From the NCBI GenBank assembly GCA_051313645.2, contig JBNRSN020000014.1, forward strand, positions 142,600,001 through 142,664,000: a DNA stretch of 64,000 bases, read 5' to 3'. Shown here in pieces: positions 1 to 12,269 of this stretch. Within the stretch, counting starts at the first letter, position 1. Every line of letters begins with the position of its first letter. The position numbers were made by a program, and so were the translations under genes. The DNA is from Centroscyllium fabricii (Eukaryota). The notes under the pieces are model-generated. The model saw nothing but the letters and a program-made list of their open reading frames with translations. It was not told where the DNA came from and did no database searches.

Positions 1-5
1 ACTAA

Positions 6-784
6 GGGGGGGATTTTCATGTCCCCGTGAGGCGGGGTTTTCGGCGGCCCGGCCGGCAAAATAGAGGAACCGGCAGGTCAAGCCATTGTATCCCCGCCGC
101 TTTCTCATTTTCCCCCACCCAGATTCCCCGCCCCGAAACCTGCCCGCCGGCGGGGATGGGTTGTCACCTCGTTAAGGGTCCTTAATTGGCATCTTTAATG
201 CCATTTTAAGGGCCCTCAGCCATTTTGCCCTGTTTCCCGCCCTCACCCCGTCACCTTAAACCCCACTGGGTGAAATCCAGCGGGAGCACAGCGCTGGTTA
301 TAACTTTCTCCTTCAAGGTGTGAAGGACATGCTGCCAAATGCTTGGCATGCCTCCAGCACCTTAGAGGAGTAAGTAACTCACTCCGCTGTGACTGCAGCA
401 GCTGTGAGCAGAAACTGAGAAATCTCAGTTCTGAACATTTCCGCACAGCCGCTGCGAGCTGTCAAGAATTCTGAGCCCGCACGCCCACCTGTCAGTCACC
501 AGCACTTGACTGTTCCCATTGGTTCCACTCCACTGTGATGTCACAGTGGAGTGTTTCCATGGGAACTGTCAACAACCAGTGCTGGAACTGTCAATCAAAC
601 TGCTCGCAGCCCCGATGAAGCCCGACTCGATTGACCTAATTACCTCCCGCTGCCGCCGGCGTGGATTTAACAACCTAATTAAACTAAAATTGCGTGGCCT
701 TCCCAGCTGTTTGGGCAGGCGAGGCCGGAGGCGGCCCAGACCAAACCCCGCCGGGTTCCCGCCCTTCTGGCGAAATCCCCCCCC
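6..784. mobile_element. PIF/Harbinger-like non-autonomous TIR element
   Basis: Termini GGGGGGGATTTTC ... GAAATCCCCCCC; GC-rich interior; CR1 sequence resumes after it. Confidence 0.55.
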
Positions 785-3690
785 ATAGATTCTAGATTTA
801 GGTAAGGCCGACTTCAACGGGATGATGCAGACTGTCCACAGTAAACTGGGCAAATCTGTTAATGGGTAAAACGACAGAAGATCAGTGAGAGATGTTTGAA
901 AAAGAATTTAATGTGATACAGAACCAGTTTATACCCCTGAGGGGCAAGAGCTCTATTTGCCAAAAAGAATCAGCCATGGACGACTAAAGAAGTAAGGGAC
1001 AGCATAAAACTAAAAGAAAAAGCATACAAAAATGCAAAATGGGAAAGATACTGAGAACATCAAAGGGTCACAAAACAGATAGTAAGAACTTCAAATAGGG
1101 AGTATGAGAAGAAACCTGTAAGGGATATCTTAAAGAAACGACAAGACTTTTTACAATTACATTAGGAAAAAGAGGGTAGTCAGGAGCAATGCTGGCCCCT
1201 TAAAAACTGAACATGATGATATTGTCAGTGAGAATAAGGAAATGGTGGACATGTTGAATAATTACTTTGCGTCAGTAATTACAGTAGAAGAGGATAGCAT
1301 GCCGGAAATCCTAAGGAAACTAATATTGAATCGGGGACAGGGACTCAATAAAATTAACCCAAGTAAATTGACCTTTGGAGAGGGTGCAGAGGAGATTCAC
1401 CAGGATGTTACCTGGGCTGGAGCGCTTCAGCTATGAAGAAAGACTGGACAGGCTAGGGTTGTTTTCCTTGGAGCAGAGAAGGCTGAGGGGGAACCTGACT
1501 GAGGTGTACAAAATTATGAGGGGCATAGATAGGGTAAATAAAAAGGAACTTTTCCCCTTGGTAGAGGGCTCAATAACAAGGGGGCATAGTTTCTAAGTAA
1601 GGGGCGGGAGGTTTAGAGGGGATTTGAGGAAGAACTTTTTCACCCAGTGTGTGGTTGGAATCTGGAACTCACGGCCTGAAAGGGTGGTGGAGGCAGGAAC
1701 CCTCACAACATTCAAGAAGCATTTAGATGAGCACTTGAAATGCCATAGCATACAAGGCTACGGACCAAATGCAGGAATATGTGATTAGAATAGACAGGGC
1801 TCGATGGCCGGCACGGACACAGTGGGCTGAAGTGCCTCTTTCTGTGCTGTAAAACTCTATTGCCGCGTAATTGACGCCTTAACGCTGTTGGTGTGGCGCC
1901 GAAAATGGGCGCTACCGGTTTTAGCGCCGGGCGCTAAATTCACCCAGTGATTAGCGCCGGCGCTAATTGTTAGCGTGCGCTAATTTGCGATTGGCAATCG
2001 TCGTGCATATCCGGGTGCAACGCCCGCTCGCCAGGCTGCACCCGAAATTCGCCTTTGCGCCAGTCCCCCAGGCGCAGCGCTGCCAGCGCCAGCTTTGCCA
2101 AGCGCTGCTGAGGGTCTGAGTAGCCGCTGCAGCGCTGCTAAAAGGGCGACACTCCCTTTCCTCGGTAGCCTCTTCGACCCGAGATCGGCCAGTAGCTGCG
2201 GGAGGGGGGTCGGGCGACCCGAGATCGGGCAGATGCTGAGGAGGGTCGGGCGGCCCGAGATCGGGCAGATGCTGAGGGGGGTCAGGCGAGATCGGGCAGA
2301 TGCTGAGGGGGGTCGGGCGGGGCGAGATTGGGCAGATGCTGAGTGGGGTTGGGCGAGATCAGGCAGATGCTGAGGGGGGTCGGGCGGGGCGAGATCGGGG
2401 AGATGCTGAGGAGGGTCGGGTGAGATCGGGGAGCTGATGAGGGGGGTCGGGTGAGATCGGGGAGATGATGAGGGAGGGGTGCCGACACATCATGCAATGT
2501 TTCTCCTACCCCTTTAAGACCTTTCCGGCTCCAGAGTTCATGGGAAAGCAAGGCGTTGCGCCCGCGATCGGTAATTAGTGCCAAAAAATTGGCCGGCTGG
2601 ATCTCGTGCAACACCTGATTTAGCGCCAAAATCGGCAAGGCCGGCGCTAAAGTGAATATTGGGCGCTTCGGCGCTAATTTAGCGCTGGCGCTAATTTTTG
2701 CGCAGCGCCAATTTTAGCGCCCCAATTCGTGCGCTCGCGAATTTCGCGCCCTATGACTCTAAGGAAATAATGGCACTAAAGAGTGACAAATCCCCAGGAC
2801 CAGATGGTTTCCATCCCAGGGTTTTAAAAGAAGTAGGTGAGCACATTGCAGATGTCCTAACTATAATCATCCAAAGTTCTCTAGATTCAGGAACTGTTCC
2901 TTTTAGATTGGAAATTTGTGCATCTCACTCTGCCATTTAAGAATGGTGAGAGAGGGAAACCAGGGAATTATAGACCAGTTAGCCTCGGCTGTTGTTGGGA
3001 AATTGCTCGTCTATAATTAAGGATAGGGTGACTGAACACCTCACATTTTCAGTTGATCAGAGAGAGCCAGCATGATTTTGTGAAAGGTAGGTCATGCCTG
3101 ACAAACCTGATTGAATTTTTTGTAGCGGTGACTGAAGTAGTGGACAGGACAATGTCTATGGATGTTATTTATATGGACTTCCAGCAGACATTTGGTAAAG
3201 TTCCACATAAGAGACTCTTAGCTAAGGTAGAAGCCCACGGAATTGAGGGCAAATTATTGACCTGGTTAGGAAATTGGCTGAGCAGCGGGAGACAGAGAGA
3301 AGGGATAATGGGTAGGTTCTCAAATTGGGAGGTTGCGACTAGTGGTGTCCTGCAGGAATCTGTGTTGGGGCCTCAACTATTCACAATGTTTATTGACAAC
3401 TTAGATGATGGCATAGAAAGTCATGTATCCAAATTTGCTGATGACACAAAGATAGGTGGCATTATGGGCAGTGTCGATGAAAGCGTAAAATTTCAAAGGG
3501 ATATTGATAGATTAAGTGAATGGACAAAACTGTGGCAAATGGATTTCAATGTAAGCAAATCTAAGGTCATCCACTTTGGACGTAGCAAGGATAGAACGGG
3601 GTACTTTCTAAATGGTGAAAAGCTAAAAACAGTGGATGTCCAAAGAAACTTGGGGGTTCAGGTACATAGATCATTAAAATGTCATGAACG
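785..3690 (+). mobile_element. Decayed CR1 LINE ORF2, interrupted by a second CR1 3' end (~1372-1860) and a Harbinger-like element (~1861-2751)
   Basis: KSPGPDGFHPRVLKE, SQHDFVKGRSCLTNL, YMDFQQTFGKVPH and SKFADDTK reverse-transcriptase motifs; ERVQRRFTRMLPGL C-terminal motif. Confidence 0.88.
1861..2751. mobile_element. Harbinger-like MITE (left end degenerate) with an internal ~33-bp tandem repeat at ~2205-2470
   Basis: Right terminus GAATTTCGCGCCC; TAT on both flanks; many TAGCGCC/GGCGCTA motifs; repeat unit GAGATCGGGCAGATGCTGAGGGGGGTCGGGCGG. Confidence 0.55.
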
Positions 3691-6160
3691 ATTACATAGG
3701 ATATACGGCACAGAAATAGGCCATTCGGCCCAACCTGTCCGTGCTGGCATTTATGCTCCACACGAGCCTCCTCCTGTCTTTCCTCATCTAAATTTATCAG
3801 CATAACCCTCGATTCCCTTTTCCCTCATATGCTTGTCTAGCCTCCCCTTAAATGCATCTATATTATTCGCTTCAACCACTCCCTGTGGTAGCGAGTTCCA
3901 CATTCTCACCACTCTTTGGGTAAAGAAGTTTCTTCTGAATTCCCTATTCGATTTCTTGGTGACTATCTTATATCGATGGCCTCTAGTTATGCTCTTTCCC
4001 ACAAGTGGAAACATTCTCTGTATCCACTCTTATCAAATTTTTTCATAATTTTAAAGACCTCTATTAGGTCACCCCTCAGCTTTCCTTTTTCAAGAGAAAA
4101 GAGACCCAGCCTGTTCATCCATTCCTAATATGTATACCCTCGCATTTGTGGTATCATCCTTGTAAATCTTCTTTGCGCCCTCTCCAGAGCCTCTATCATT
4201 TTTATAACATGGCGACCAGAACTGAACGCAGTACTCCAAGTGTGTTCTAACCAAGGTTCGATTCGGGTTTAGCATAACTTCCCTACTTTTCAATTCTATA
4301 CCTCTAGAAATAAACCCTAGTGCTTGGTTTGCCTTTTTTATGGTCATGCTAACCTGTGGCGCAACTTTGTGATTTGTGTATTTGTACTCTGAGATCCCCT
4401 TGTTCCTCTACCCCACCTAGACTCGCACCCTCCAAGTGATAAGTGACCTCCCTGTTCTTCCTACTAAAATGTAGTACCTCACATTTATCTGTGTTGAATT
4501 TAATTTGCCAATTATATGCCCATTCTGCAAGTTTATTAATGGCCTCCTGTGATTTGTTGCAGTCCTCCTCAGTATTGACTATCTCTCTTCTCCCCCCCCC
4601 CCCCCCCCCCCCAATTTGGTGTCACCCGCAAATTTAGAAATTGTGTTTTTGATACCCAAGTCTAAATCATTGATGTAAATTGTGAACAGCAGTGGTCCCG
4701 GCACTGATCCTTATAGAACACTAGTACCTGTACCCACTTTCTGCCACTGTGAATAGCTACCCTTTACTCCTACTCTCTGCTTTCTGTCCTGAAGCCAGCC
4801 ATCCATTCTGCTATTTGTCCTCTGACTCCGCATTCTCTGACCTTGTTCATCAGTCTATTATGGGGTACCTTATCGAAGGCCTTTTGGAAATCCAGTAAAT
4901 TACATCTGCTGCATTACCATTGTCTACTCTCTCTGTTACCTCTTCACAAAATTCAATAAGTTTGGTCAAGCAGGATTTTTTCACTTTTGAAATCCATGCT
5001 GACTATTCATTATTATATTTTTGGTTTCTAGATGTTCTTCTATTTTCTCCATTATTTTTCCTGACTGGTCTATAATTCCCTGGAAATGTTCAATCCCCCT
5101 TCTTAAATATTGGTATTATGTTAGCTATCCACCAGTCCTCTGGCACTGCACCTTCTTCTAACGGATTATTAAATATGCGTAGTAATGTCTCTTCCCTAGA
5201 TTCTTTTAAAATGCACGGATGCAATCCATCCAGACTGGGGTTTTATCCTCTTTGAATTTGATTAGTTGATTTAATATATCCCCCTTTTTATATTAAATGC
5301 TCTTATCTCATTACTAATCTCATCATTCAATGTCATATCCACCTGTTCTATCTCCCTGGTAAATGCTGAAGCAAAATAATTATGGAATATTTCTGCCATC
5401 TCTCTATCGTTACTTGTAGTATTATCCTGACTATCCCTTAATGGCCCTATTCCCAGTCCAACCTTCCTTTTTTATTGATGTGCCTGTAAAATATTTAACT
5501 ATTTCGTTTTATCTTCGTTGAGAATTTAATTTCATAGTTCCTCTTTGCCTCCCTAATTTTTCTTTATTTCTCTCCTAATCTTTTTGTATTCTCTCTTATC
5601 ATGCACTCCCCTGCTTTCTATGTACTCAATGTATGCCTCTTTCCTTTTCCTCAACTGTTCCTTTATGTCTTTATTCATCCATGGAGTCTCATTATTGTTT
5701 AGTCTGTCCTTTCTTTCAGTGGAATATATTTTCCTGCATTCTGTTGAACACTTTTAAATGTTTCCCATTGCTGTTGTACACTGTTTTTTGCCAATGTTGT
5801 TGCCCATTCATTGCACCAAGTTCTATTCTCAGCCCCCTAAAATCAGCTTTTCTATTAACCTGGTTTTCATCATACTTATATCCTTCTCAATTATCATTGT
5901 TGTAAGAATGAAACTTACATGATATGAACTTAAGGTAAGCTTTAATGAACTTATAACTGTGATACATACAAGAGAGGTCTTCACCATGCCTCTTACTAAA
6001 TCATACTGAGTAGCCCAGTATTTATACTGGGCTAATTACAGGAAGTGACATCATACAAAGTTCATAGGTCCCCAGAAGTGATGTAAGCAAAAACTCCAAG
6101 CTAGAAGCTGTTCTGTATTACCACAATCATCTTAAAGCGTATGATATTATGGTACAGAAA
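3691..6160 (-). mobile_element. Decayed CR1 LINE ORF2 and 3' tail
   Basis: Minus-strand ORFs with [17 protein letters not shown] and [15 protein letters not shown]. Confidence 0.88.
5898..6125 (-). mobile_element. Solo LTR inserted in CR1
   Basis: TGTTGTAA ... TTACCACA termini; 5-bp TSD ATCAT (5893-5897 and 6126-6130); TATAAATA and ATTAAA on the minus strand. Confidence 0.75.
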
Positions 6161-6549
6161 ATGATCAAAAAGGCTTTATATCTAGAAAGGCATATGGGGC
6201 AAAGATGGCTATATTGAGTTCAGTCAGAGATCAGCCATGAGCTCATTGAATAGACTCGAGGGGCTAAATGGGTTGAGGACTCTCACTCACAGTTACTGTC
6301 ACTTGTGGCACCGCAGCTGGGGAGCACCAGCACACTGCGCGTTTTTTTTTAATGATTGCTTGAATACGAATAAATTAATAATTTTATGACTCTCCCAATG
6401 GCTCAGCTGATTTAAGGCAGTGAGGAACTGTGCTATATATGGCAGGAAGGTCCCAGGTTCAATCCTTTGGCTATGTTGTTGGCTAATCTCAGCTGGAGCA
6501 GAAGTCCGGGTGCTCCAATGTCCTGCACGCCACTGGGATAGGGATAACA

Positions 6550-7535
6550 ACAACAACTTGTATTTATATCGCGCTTTTAATGCAGTAAAATGTCCTCAGA
6601 TGCTTCACTGTAATGTTTTAAAACAAATTTTGATACAAAGCCACATAAGGAGAAATTAGGGCAGATGACCAAAAGCTTGGTCAAAGGGGTAGGTTTTAAG
6701 GAGTGTTTTAAAGGAGGTAGCGAGGGGGAGAGATTTAGGGAAGGAATTTCAGAGCTTAGGGTCTAGGCAACAGAAGGCACGACCACCAATGGTTGAGTGA
6801 TTATAATCAGGGACGCTCAAGAGGGCAGAATTAGAGGAGCGCAGATATCTCGGGGGTGGGGGGGGGGGGGCGCGGTTGTGGGGCTGGAGGAGATTACAGA
6901 GATGGGGGATGGGCGAGGCCATGGAGGGATTTGAAAACGAGGATGAGAATTTTAAAATTGAGGCATTGCTTAATTGGGAGCCAATGGAGGTCAGCGAGCA
7001 CAGGGGACTTGGTACGAGTTAGGACACGGGCAGCAGCGTTCTGGATGACCAAGTTTATGCATGGTGGAACATGGGAGGCCGGCCAGGAGTGCGTTGGTAT
7101 AATCCAGTCTAGAGATAACAAAGGCTTGGATGAGGATTTCAGCAGCAAATGAACTGAAGGGGGGCGGAGTCAGGTGATGTTTCGGGGGTGGAAATAGGTG
7201 GTCTTGGTGATGGCGCGGATATGTGGTCAGAACCTCCTCTCGGGGTCAAATATGACACCAAGGTTGCGAACAGTCTGGTTCAGCCCCAGACAGTTGCCAG
7301 GGAGAGGGATGGAGTCGGTGGCTAGGGAACTGAGTTTGTGGCAGTGACCGAAGGGGTTGAGAGGTGGCGGTGAGGCAGAGCTGGGTGTCGTCAGCGTACA
7401 TATGGAAACTGACGCTGTGCTTTCAGATGATCTCGCTGAGGGGCAGCATGCAGATGAGAAATAGGTGGGGGACACCAGAGACAGTGGTGCGGGAGCAGGA
7501 AGAAGAGCCATTATGGGTAATTCTCTGGCTACAAT
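6550..7535 (-). mobile_element. L2 LINE 3' fragment
   Basis: IQNAAARVLTRTK..PVLADLHWLPIKQCLNFKILILVFKSLHG and VRNLGVIFD motifs. Confidence 0.85.
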
Positions 7536-7539
7536 TAGA

Positions 7540-7870
7540 TATGATGTGGAGGTGCCGGTGTTGGACTGCGGTGGACAATTGTAAGAAGTCACACAACACC
7601 AGGTTATAGTCCAACAGTTTTATTTGAAATCACAAGCTTTCGGAGCGCTGCTCCTTCATCAGGTGAAGTGAAGAGATTCATTTAAACACAGCATATATAG
7701 AGGGAGAGAACAATGTAGTCTCTCCAACTGTTCAACATCACACCTCAGCTGGGAGACATCAAAGGTGTTCTAACATATCAGTCAGCCTGAGATCAATGAG
7801 GTACAGTCACCTTTGTGACTGCACCTCATTGATCTCAGGCTGACTGGTATGTTAGAACACCTTTAACATC
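7540..7870. mobile_element. Penelope-like element terminal remnant with hammerhead motif and fold-back hairpin
   Basis: Same terminal sequence as the 9187 and 18296 elements; ~55-bp inverted arms at ~7755-7865. Confidence 0.65.
7630..7666 (-). ncRNA. Minimal type I hammerhead ribozyme motif
   Basis: Minus strand reads TCAC-CTGATGA-AGGAGCAGCGCTCC-GAAA-GCTT-GTGA. Confidence 0.7.
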
Positions 7871-8050
7871 TAGAAACATAGAAGATAGGAGCAGGAGTAG
7901 GCCATTCGGCCCTTTGAGACTGCTCCGCCATTCAATGAGATCATGGCTGATCATCCAAACTGCCTGCTTTTAACAAGGTAAGTGGTGAATTAATTTAAAT
8001 GTAAAAAAATTTCCACAAGCTTATTATTTTTAAATACTTCAAAGAAAGAA

Positions 8051-8357
8051 TGGGCGGCACGGTGGCATAGTGGTTAGCACTGTTGCCTCAGCGCCAGGGG
8101 TCCGGGTTCAAATCCGGCCTCGGGTGACTATCTGTGTGGAGTTTGCACATTCTCCCCGTGTCTGCGTGGGTTTCCTCCGGGTGCTCCGGTTTCCTCCCAC
8201 AGTCCAAAGATGTGTGGGTTAGGTTGATTGGCCAGGAGAAATTGACCCTTAGTGTTAGGGGGATTAAATATGTGGGGTTATGGGGATGGGGTGGGATATG
8301 TGTCGGTGCAGGCTCGATGGGCCGAAATGGCCTCTATCTGCACTGTAGGGATTCTAT
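8051..8357 (+). mobile_element. HE1-type tRNA-derived V-SINE
   Basis: tRNA-like head with A/B boxes (TGGCATAGTGG, GGTTCAAATCC); V-core GTGGAGTTTGCACATTCTCCCCGTGTCTGCGTGGGTTTCC. Confidence 0.85.
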
Positions 8358-8789
8358 GAAAGGTAAGTTTATTTTTAGCCCCGTTAGAAAATATAATTAA
8401 TTATTTCAAAAATTTAAATTATTGTTTAAAATAGTTATTTCATGTAATTTCTAGTTATTTTTAAAATGTGATTCAAAAAAAAAATTTATTTGAAGTTTCA
8501 GTAATGTTTTGGGGCTTGTAGTATTCATAATTCTGACAACACTTTCTGTCAAACTTATGAATGAAGCATTCTCTGCTCCCATTGGCTCTCCGTGGCCCAC
8601 GTGATCCCAGGGGATGCATCGCACTAACTGCGCCCCTGGGACACACGAGCACTGCGCGCCGGCAGTTGGAGGCGGCCCATGAACGGAATTCCACACGGAC
8701 CCACAGCTCAACGGCCGGCGCGCAAGGTAAGTGCAGGTTGGAGGCTTACACCCACGGGAAGCCTCTGACCCGAATTTCTGGGCCAATCT

Positions 8790-9040
8790 GTTTTAGTAAT
8801 GTTGGTTGAGGGATAAATATTGGCAACGCCACTGCACTTCTTTGAATAGTGCCACGGGATCTTTTACGTCCACCTGAGCGGGCAGACTCTGTTTAACGTC
8901 TCATCCGAAAGATGGCACCTCTGACAGTGCAGCATTCCCTCAGTACTGCACTGAGAGTGTCAGCCTAGATTATGTTCTCTGGAGTGGGACTTGAACCCAG
9001 CACCTTTTGACTGAGGGGAGAGTTCTATAGCTGACACAGA
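8790..9040 (-). mobile_element. SacSINE1/Deu-type SINE fragment
   Basis: GATCTTTTACGTCCACCTGAG and CAGCATTCCCTCAGTACTGCACT blocks that recur across the window. Confidence 0.65.
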
Positions 9041-9186
9041 AGAAGTCAGGTTGGGCTCAGTGACTGTTGCTGGACTCTGCTTGTGCACGTGAGCACCTTC
9101 AGTGAGGACAGGGCTCGTTTGTGATGCTCCAAGCAGTTAACTTGCTTCCTTGACGCTCGCTGACTAGAGTGGACAAGATACAAGAG

Positions 9187-9496
9187 CCATGATGTGGAGG
9201 TGCCGGTGTTGGACTGGGGTGGACAAATGCAAGAAGTCACACAACACCAGGTTATAGTCCAACAGTTTTATTTTAAATCACAAGCTTTCGGAGCTTCTGC
9301 CCCTTCGTCGGGTGAAAGAGAAGCTGACTTAAAGAACGCACATATGGGAGGAGTAGTGGAGTTCTCCCGGGTGTCCTCCCATATGTGCGTTCTTTAAGTC
9401 AGCTTCTCTTTCACCTGACGAAGGGGCAGAAGCTCCGAAAGCTTGTGATCTAAAATAAAACTGTTGGACTATAACCTGGTGTTGTGTGACTTCTTG
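9187..9496. mobile_element. Palindromic Penelope-derived insertion with a hammerhead motif in each arm
   Basis: ~125-bp inverted arms (~9228-9351 and ~9375-9498); duplication CAAGATACAAGAG at 9174-9186 and 9497-9509. Confidence 0.75.
9411..9448 (+). ncRNA. Minimal type I hammerhead ribozyme motif
   Basis: TCAC-CTGACGA-AGGGGCAGAAGCTCC-GAAA-GCTT-GTGA. Confidence 0.7.
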
Positions 9497-10466
9497 CAAG
9501 ATACAAGAGAGCAGCTGGTGTTCATAGAACGTTACCTCAGGAAAAATCAGCACTTCTTGGAAAGGAGGAAAGAAATTTGCTGGAAAAGAGCAAAAAAATG
9601 AATTCTAACGTCACTCTTGCTTTCCTTTGTAGTGTTCGACCACCTGGGGCTGCAGCACCAGTTTTCAGTAATAAGAATTATTAATGCCACTGATCTGACA
9701 GATATTCAACTTTGATATGCAAATTTTGAATAGATTCAGTCTGCCTCATTTGCAGCAAAAAGGCTTCACACATGGTGCTGTGTGTTGGGTTCTTAGTGTA
9801 CTGGTCTGACCCAGAGTGCGCTTCATTTACATATGTTAACAGCTTCAGGTGTAAGTGGATTTTCAAAGTAATGCTTTTGTGATTAGTGCCCTTTCACTTT
9901 CCTTATAATTAAGTACAGCAGCTGCTCACCATTGTGTTAAGCTCTGGAAACAGCCCAACAGAGAGGCTGCATCACTTGTTTTGAAATAAATTGTATTTTA
10001 ATATGAATGTAACTGTCAAAGCAACAAAAGCTGGGATCAGGAGCTCATGAGAAGCGAGAATGGGCTGGATCGAGCTAGTATTTCATTTGTGAAGCGCGAG
10101 GAGTGCGTTCCTAGTATGTGTAGGTGTAAGGCCATTTAAGTGCACACATAAGTACACTCAGCGGGTATGGGTATATGTAGGCACTAAGTACACATGGTAA
10201 GAATAGGTTTAGGGTATGTATATGCAATGCAAGTGCAGTCATGGTAAAGGTAGGTTTAGGGTGCATGTTTGTGGTGGGAATGCATTGTTAACAGGAATAG
10301 GTATAGGGTTATGTGTAAGCAATGGAAGCATGTTCATGGTAGTAATAGGTATTGGGTACATGTACCCAGTAGAAGTGTGCGCATGGTAGGTGGAGGGTAT
10401 GTGTACACAGTGGAATACAGTGCTAGCAAGAAAGAAAGAACGAGCTGAATTTGTATAGGACCTTTC

Positions 10467-10876
10467 ACGGCACGGTGGCATAGTGGTTAGCACTGTTGCC
10501 TTACAGCACTTGAGACCCGGGTTCAAATCCAGCCTCGGGTACGATCTGTGTGGAGTTTGCACATTCTCCCCGTGTCTGCGTGGGTTTCCTCCGGGTGCTC
10601 CGGTTTCCTCCCACAGTCCAAAGATGTGCGGGTCAGGTTGATTGGCCAGGATAAATTGACCCTTAGTGTTAGGGGGATTGAATATGTGGGGTTACGGGGA
10701 TAGGGTGGGACATGTGTCGGTGCAGGCTCGATAGGGATCGAGGGATATGGGGAGAAGGCAGGGACAGGGTACTGGGTTTGGATGATCAGCCATGATCTAA
10801 TTCTAATTGAATGGCGGAGCAGGCTCGAAGGGCCGAATGGCCTACTCCTGCTCCTATCTTCTATGTTTCTATGTTT
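10467..10876 (+). mobile_element. HE1-type V-SINE with CR1-derived tail
   Basis: tRNA head, V-core and tail GGCCGAATGGCCTACTCCTGCTCCTATCTTCTATGTTTCTATG. Confidence 0.85.
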
Positions 10877-10879
10877 CAC

Positions 10880-11290
10880 GACCTAATGATGTCCCCAAAG
10901 CACTTTACAGCCAATGAAGTACTTTTAAGTGCAGTCACTGTTATAATGCAGGAAACGGGGCAGCCAATTTGCACACAGCAAGGTCCCACAAACAGCAATG
11001 AGATGCACGACCAGTTAATCTACTTTATTTGTGATGTTGGTTGAGGCATAAATATTGGCCAGGACTCCCGGGAGAACTCCACTACTCCTCTTCAAAATAG
11101 TACCACAGGATCATTTGCGTCCACCTGAGAGGGCCTCGGTTTAAGATCTCATCTGCAAGACCGTGCAGCACTCTCAGTACTACCCTGAAGTGTCAGCCTG
11201 GATTATGTGCTCAAGTGTCTGGAGTGGGGCTTGAACCCACAACCGCTGACTCAGACGCATGAGTGCTACCACTGAACCACGGCTGGCACC
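10880..11290 (-). mobile_element. SacSINE1/Deu-type SINE
   Basis: Recurrent blocks GCAGCCAATTTGCACACAGCAAG, AATATTGGCCAGGA and GTGTCAGCCT. Confidence 0.65.
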
Positions 11291-11382
11291 TACCTAGGTT
11301 GCTCTGGTTGATACCATTTGGGAGACCTTAGCCCTCGCGCATGGTCTGGCATCACTGCAGCAGCAGGAGCCCCCTATACCCT

Positions 11383-12151
11383 AATACAACAGCAAAATAC
11401 TGTGGATGCTGGAAATCTGAAATAACAACAGAACATGTTGGAAACTCTCAGCCGGCCAGGCAGCATCCGCGGAGAGAGAAACAGAGTTAACGTTTCAGGT
11501 CTGGGACCCTACATCAGATCTAGAAAAAGCTGGAGATGTAACAGGTATTAAGCAGATGCAGAATCTCCGGGTCACCCTTACAGACTGAACGGAGGTGTTC
11601 CACAAAGCTCAGTCTGCGTTTGGTCTCCCCAATGTAGAGGAGATGATGTGGAACACCTCCGTTCAGTCCGTAAGGGTGACTCTGAGCTTCCGGTCGCCTG
11701 TCACTTTAATTCTCCGCTTCACTCCCACTCTGATCTCTCTGTCCTCGGCCTCTTACACTGTTCCACTGAAACTCAGCGTAAGCTCGAGGAACAGCACCTC
11801 ATGTTTTGATTAGGCACTTTACAGCCTTCTGGAGTCAACATTGAGTTCAACAATTTCAAAGTATAACCCCTGCTCCCATTTTTCATGCTGTATGAGTTTT
11901 GCCATCCCCATTTGCAACATTTTATCTTTCCTGCCTCTTACCTTAGCACAGCATGTCCCTTCAATTCCTTCCTCGCCCCCCCCCCCCCCCCCCCCCCCCC
12001 CCTCTGTCTCTGCATCTGCTTAATATCTGTTACATCTCCAGCTTTTTCCAGTTCTGATGAAGAGTCCCAGACCAGAAACGTTAACTCTGTTTCTCTCTCC
12101 ACGGATGCTGCCTGGCCGGCTGAGTGTTTCCAGCATTTTCTGTTGTTATTC
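11383..12151 (+). mobile_element. Truncated Penelope-like retroelement with inverted terminal region
   Basis: 13-bp TSD CCCCCTATACCCT (11370-11382 and 12152-12164). C-terminal remnant [37 protein letters not shown]. Inverted copies at ~11410-11561 and ~12008-12150. Confidence 0.8.
12050..12086 (+). ncRNA. Minimal type I hammerhead ribozyme motif
   Basis: AGTT-CTGATGA-AGAGTCCCAGACCA-GAAA-CGTT-AACT; stem II imperfect. Confidence 0.62.
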
Positions 12152-12269
12152 CCCCCTATACCCTGGTACTTGGCTGCTGCTTCCAGTGCCACGTGGCTGC
12201 CACTGCAGCTGATATTTCAATCTGGATTGGCTTCGCAACATTGGCCTGGTTCCAAGTAACTATCTGAGA

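Noticed and set aside
8051-8122. tRNA genes at SINE heads (also 23521, 51031 and others)
   Set aside because: A/B boxes are present but run straight into the V-SINE core, so these are tRNA-derived SINE heads.
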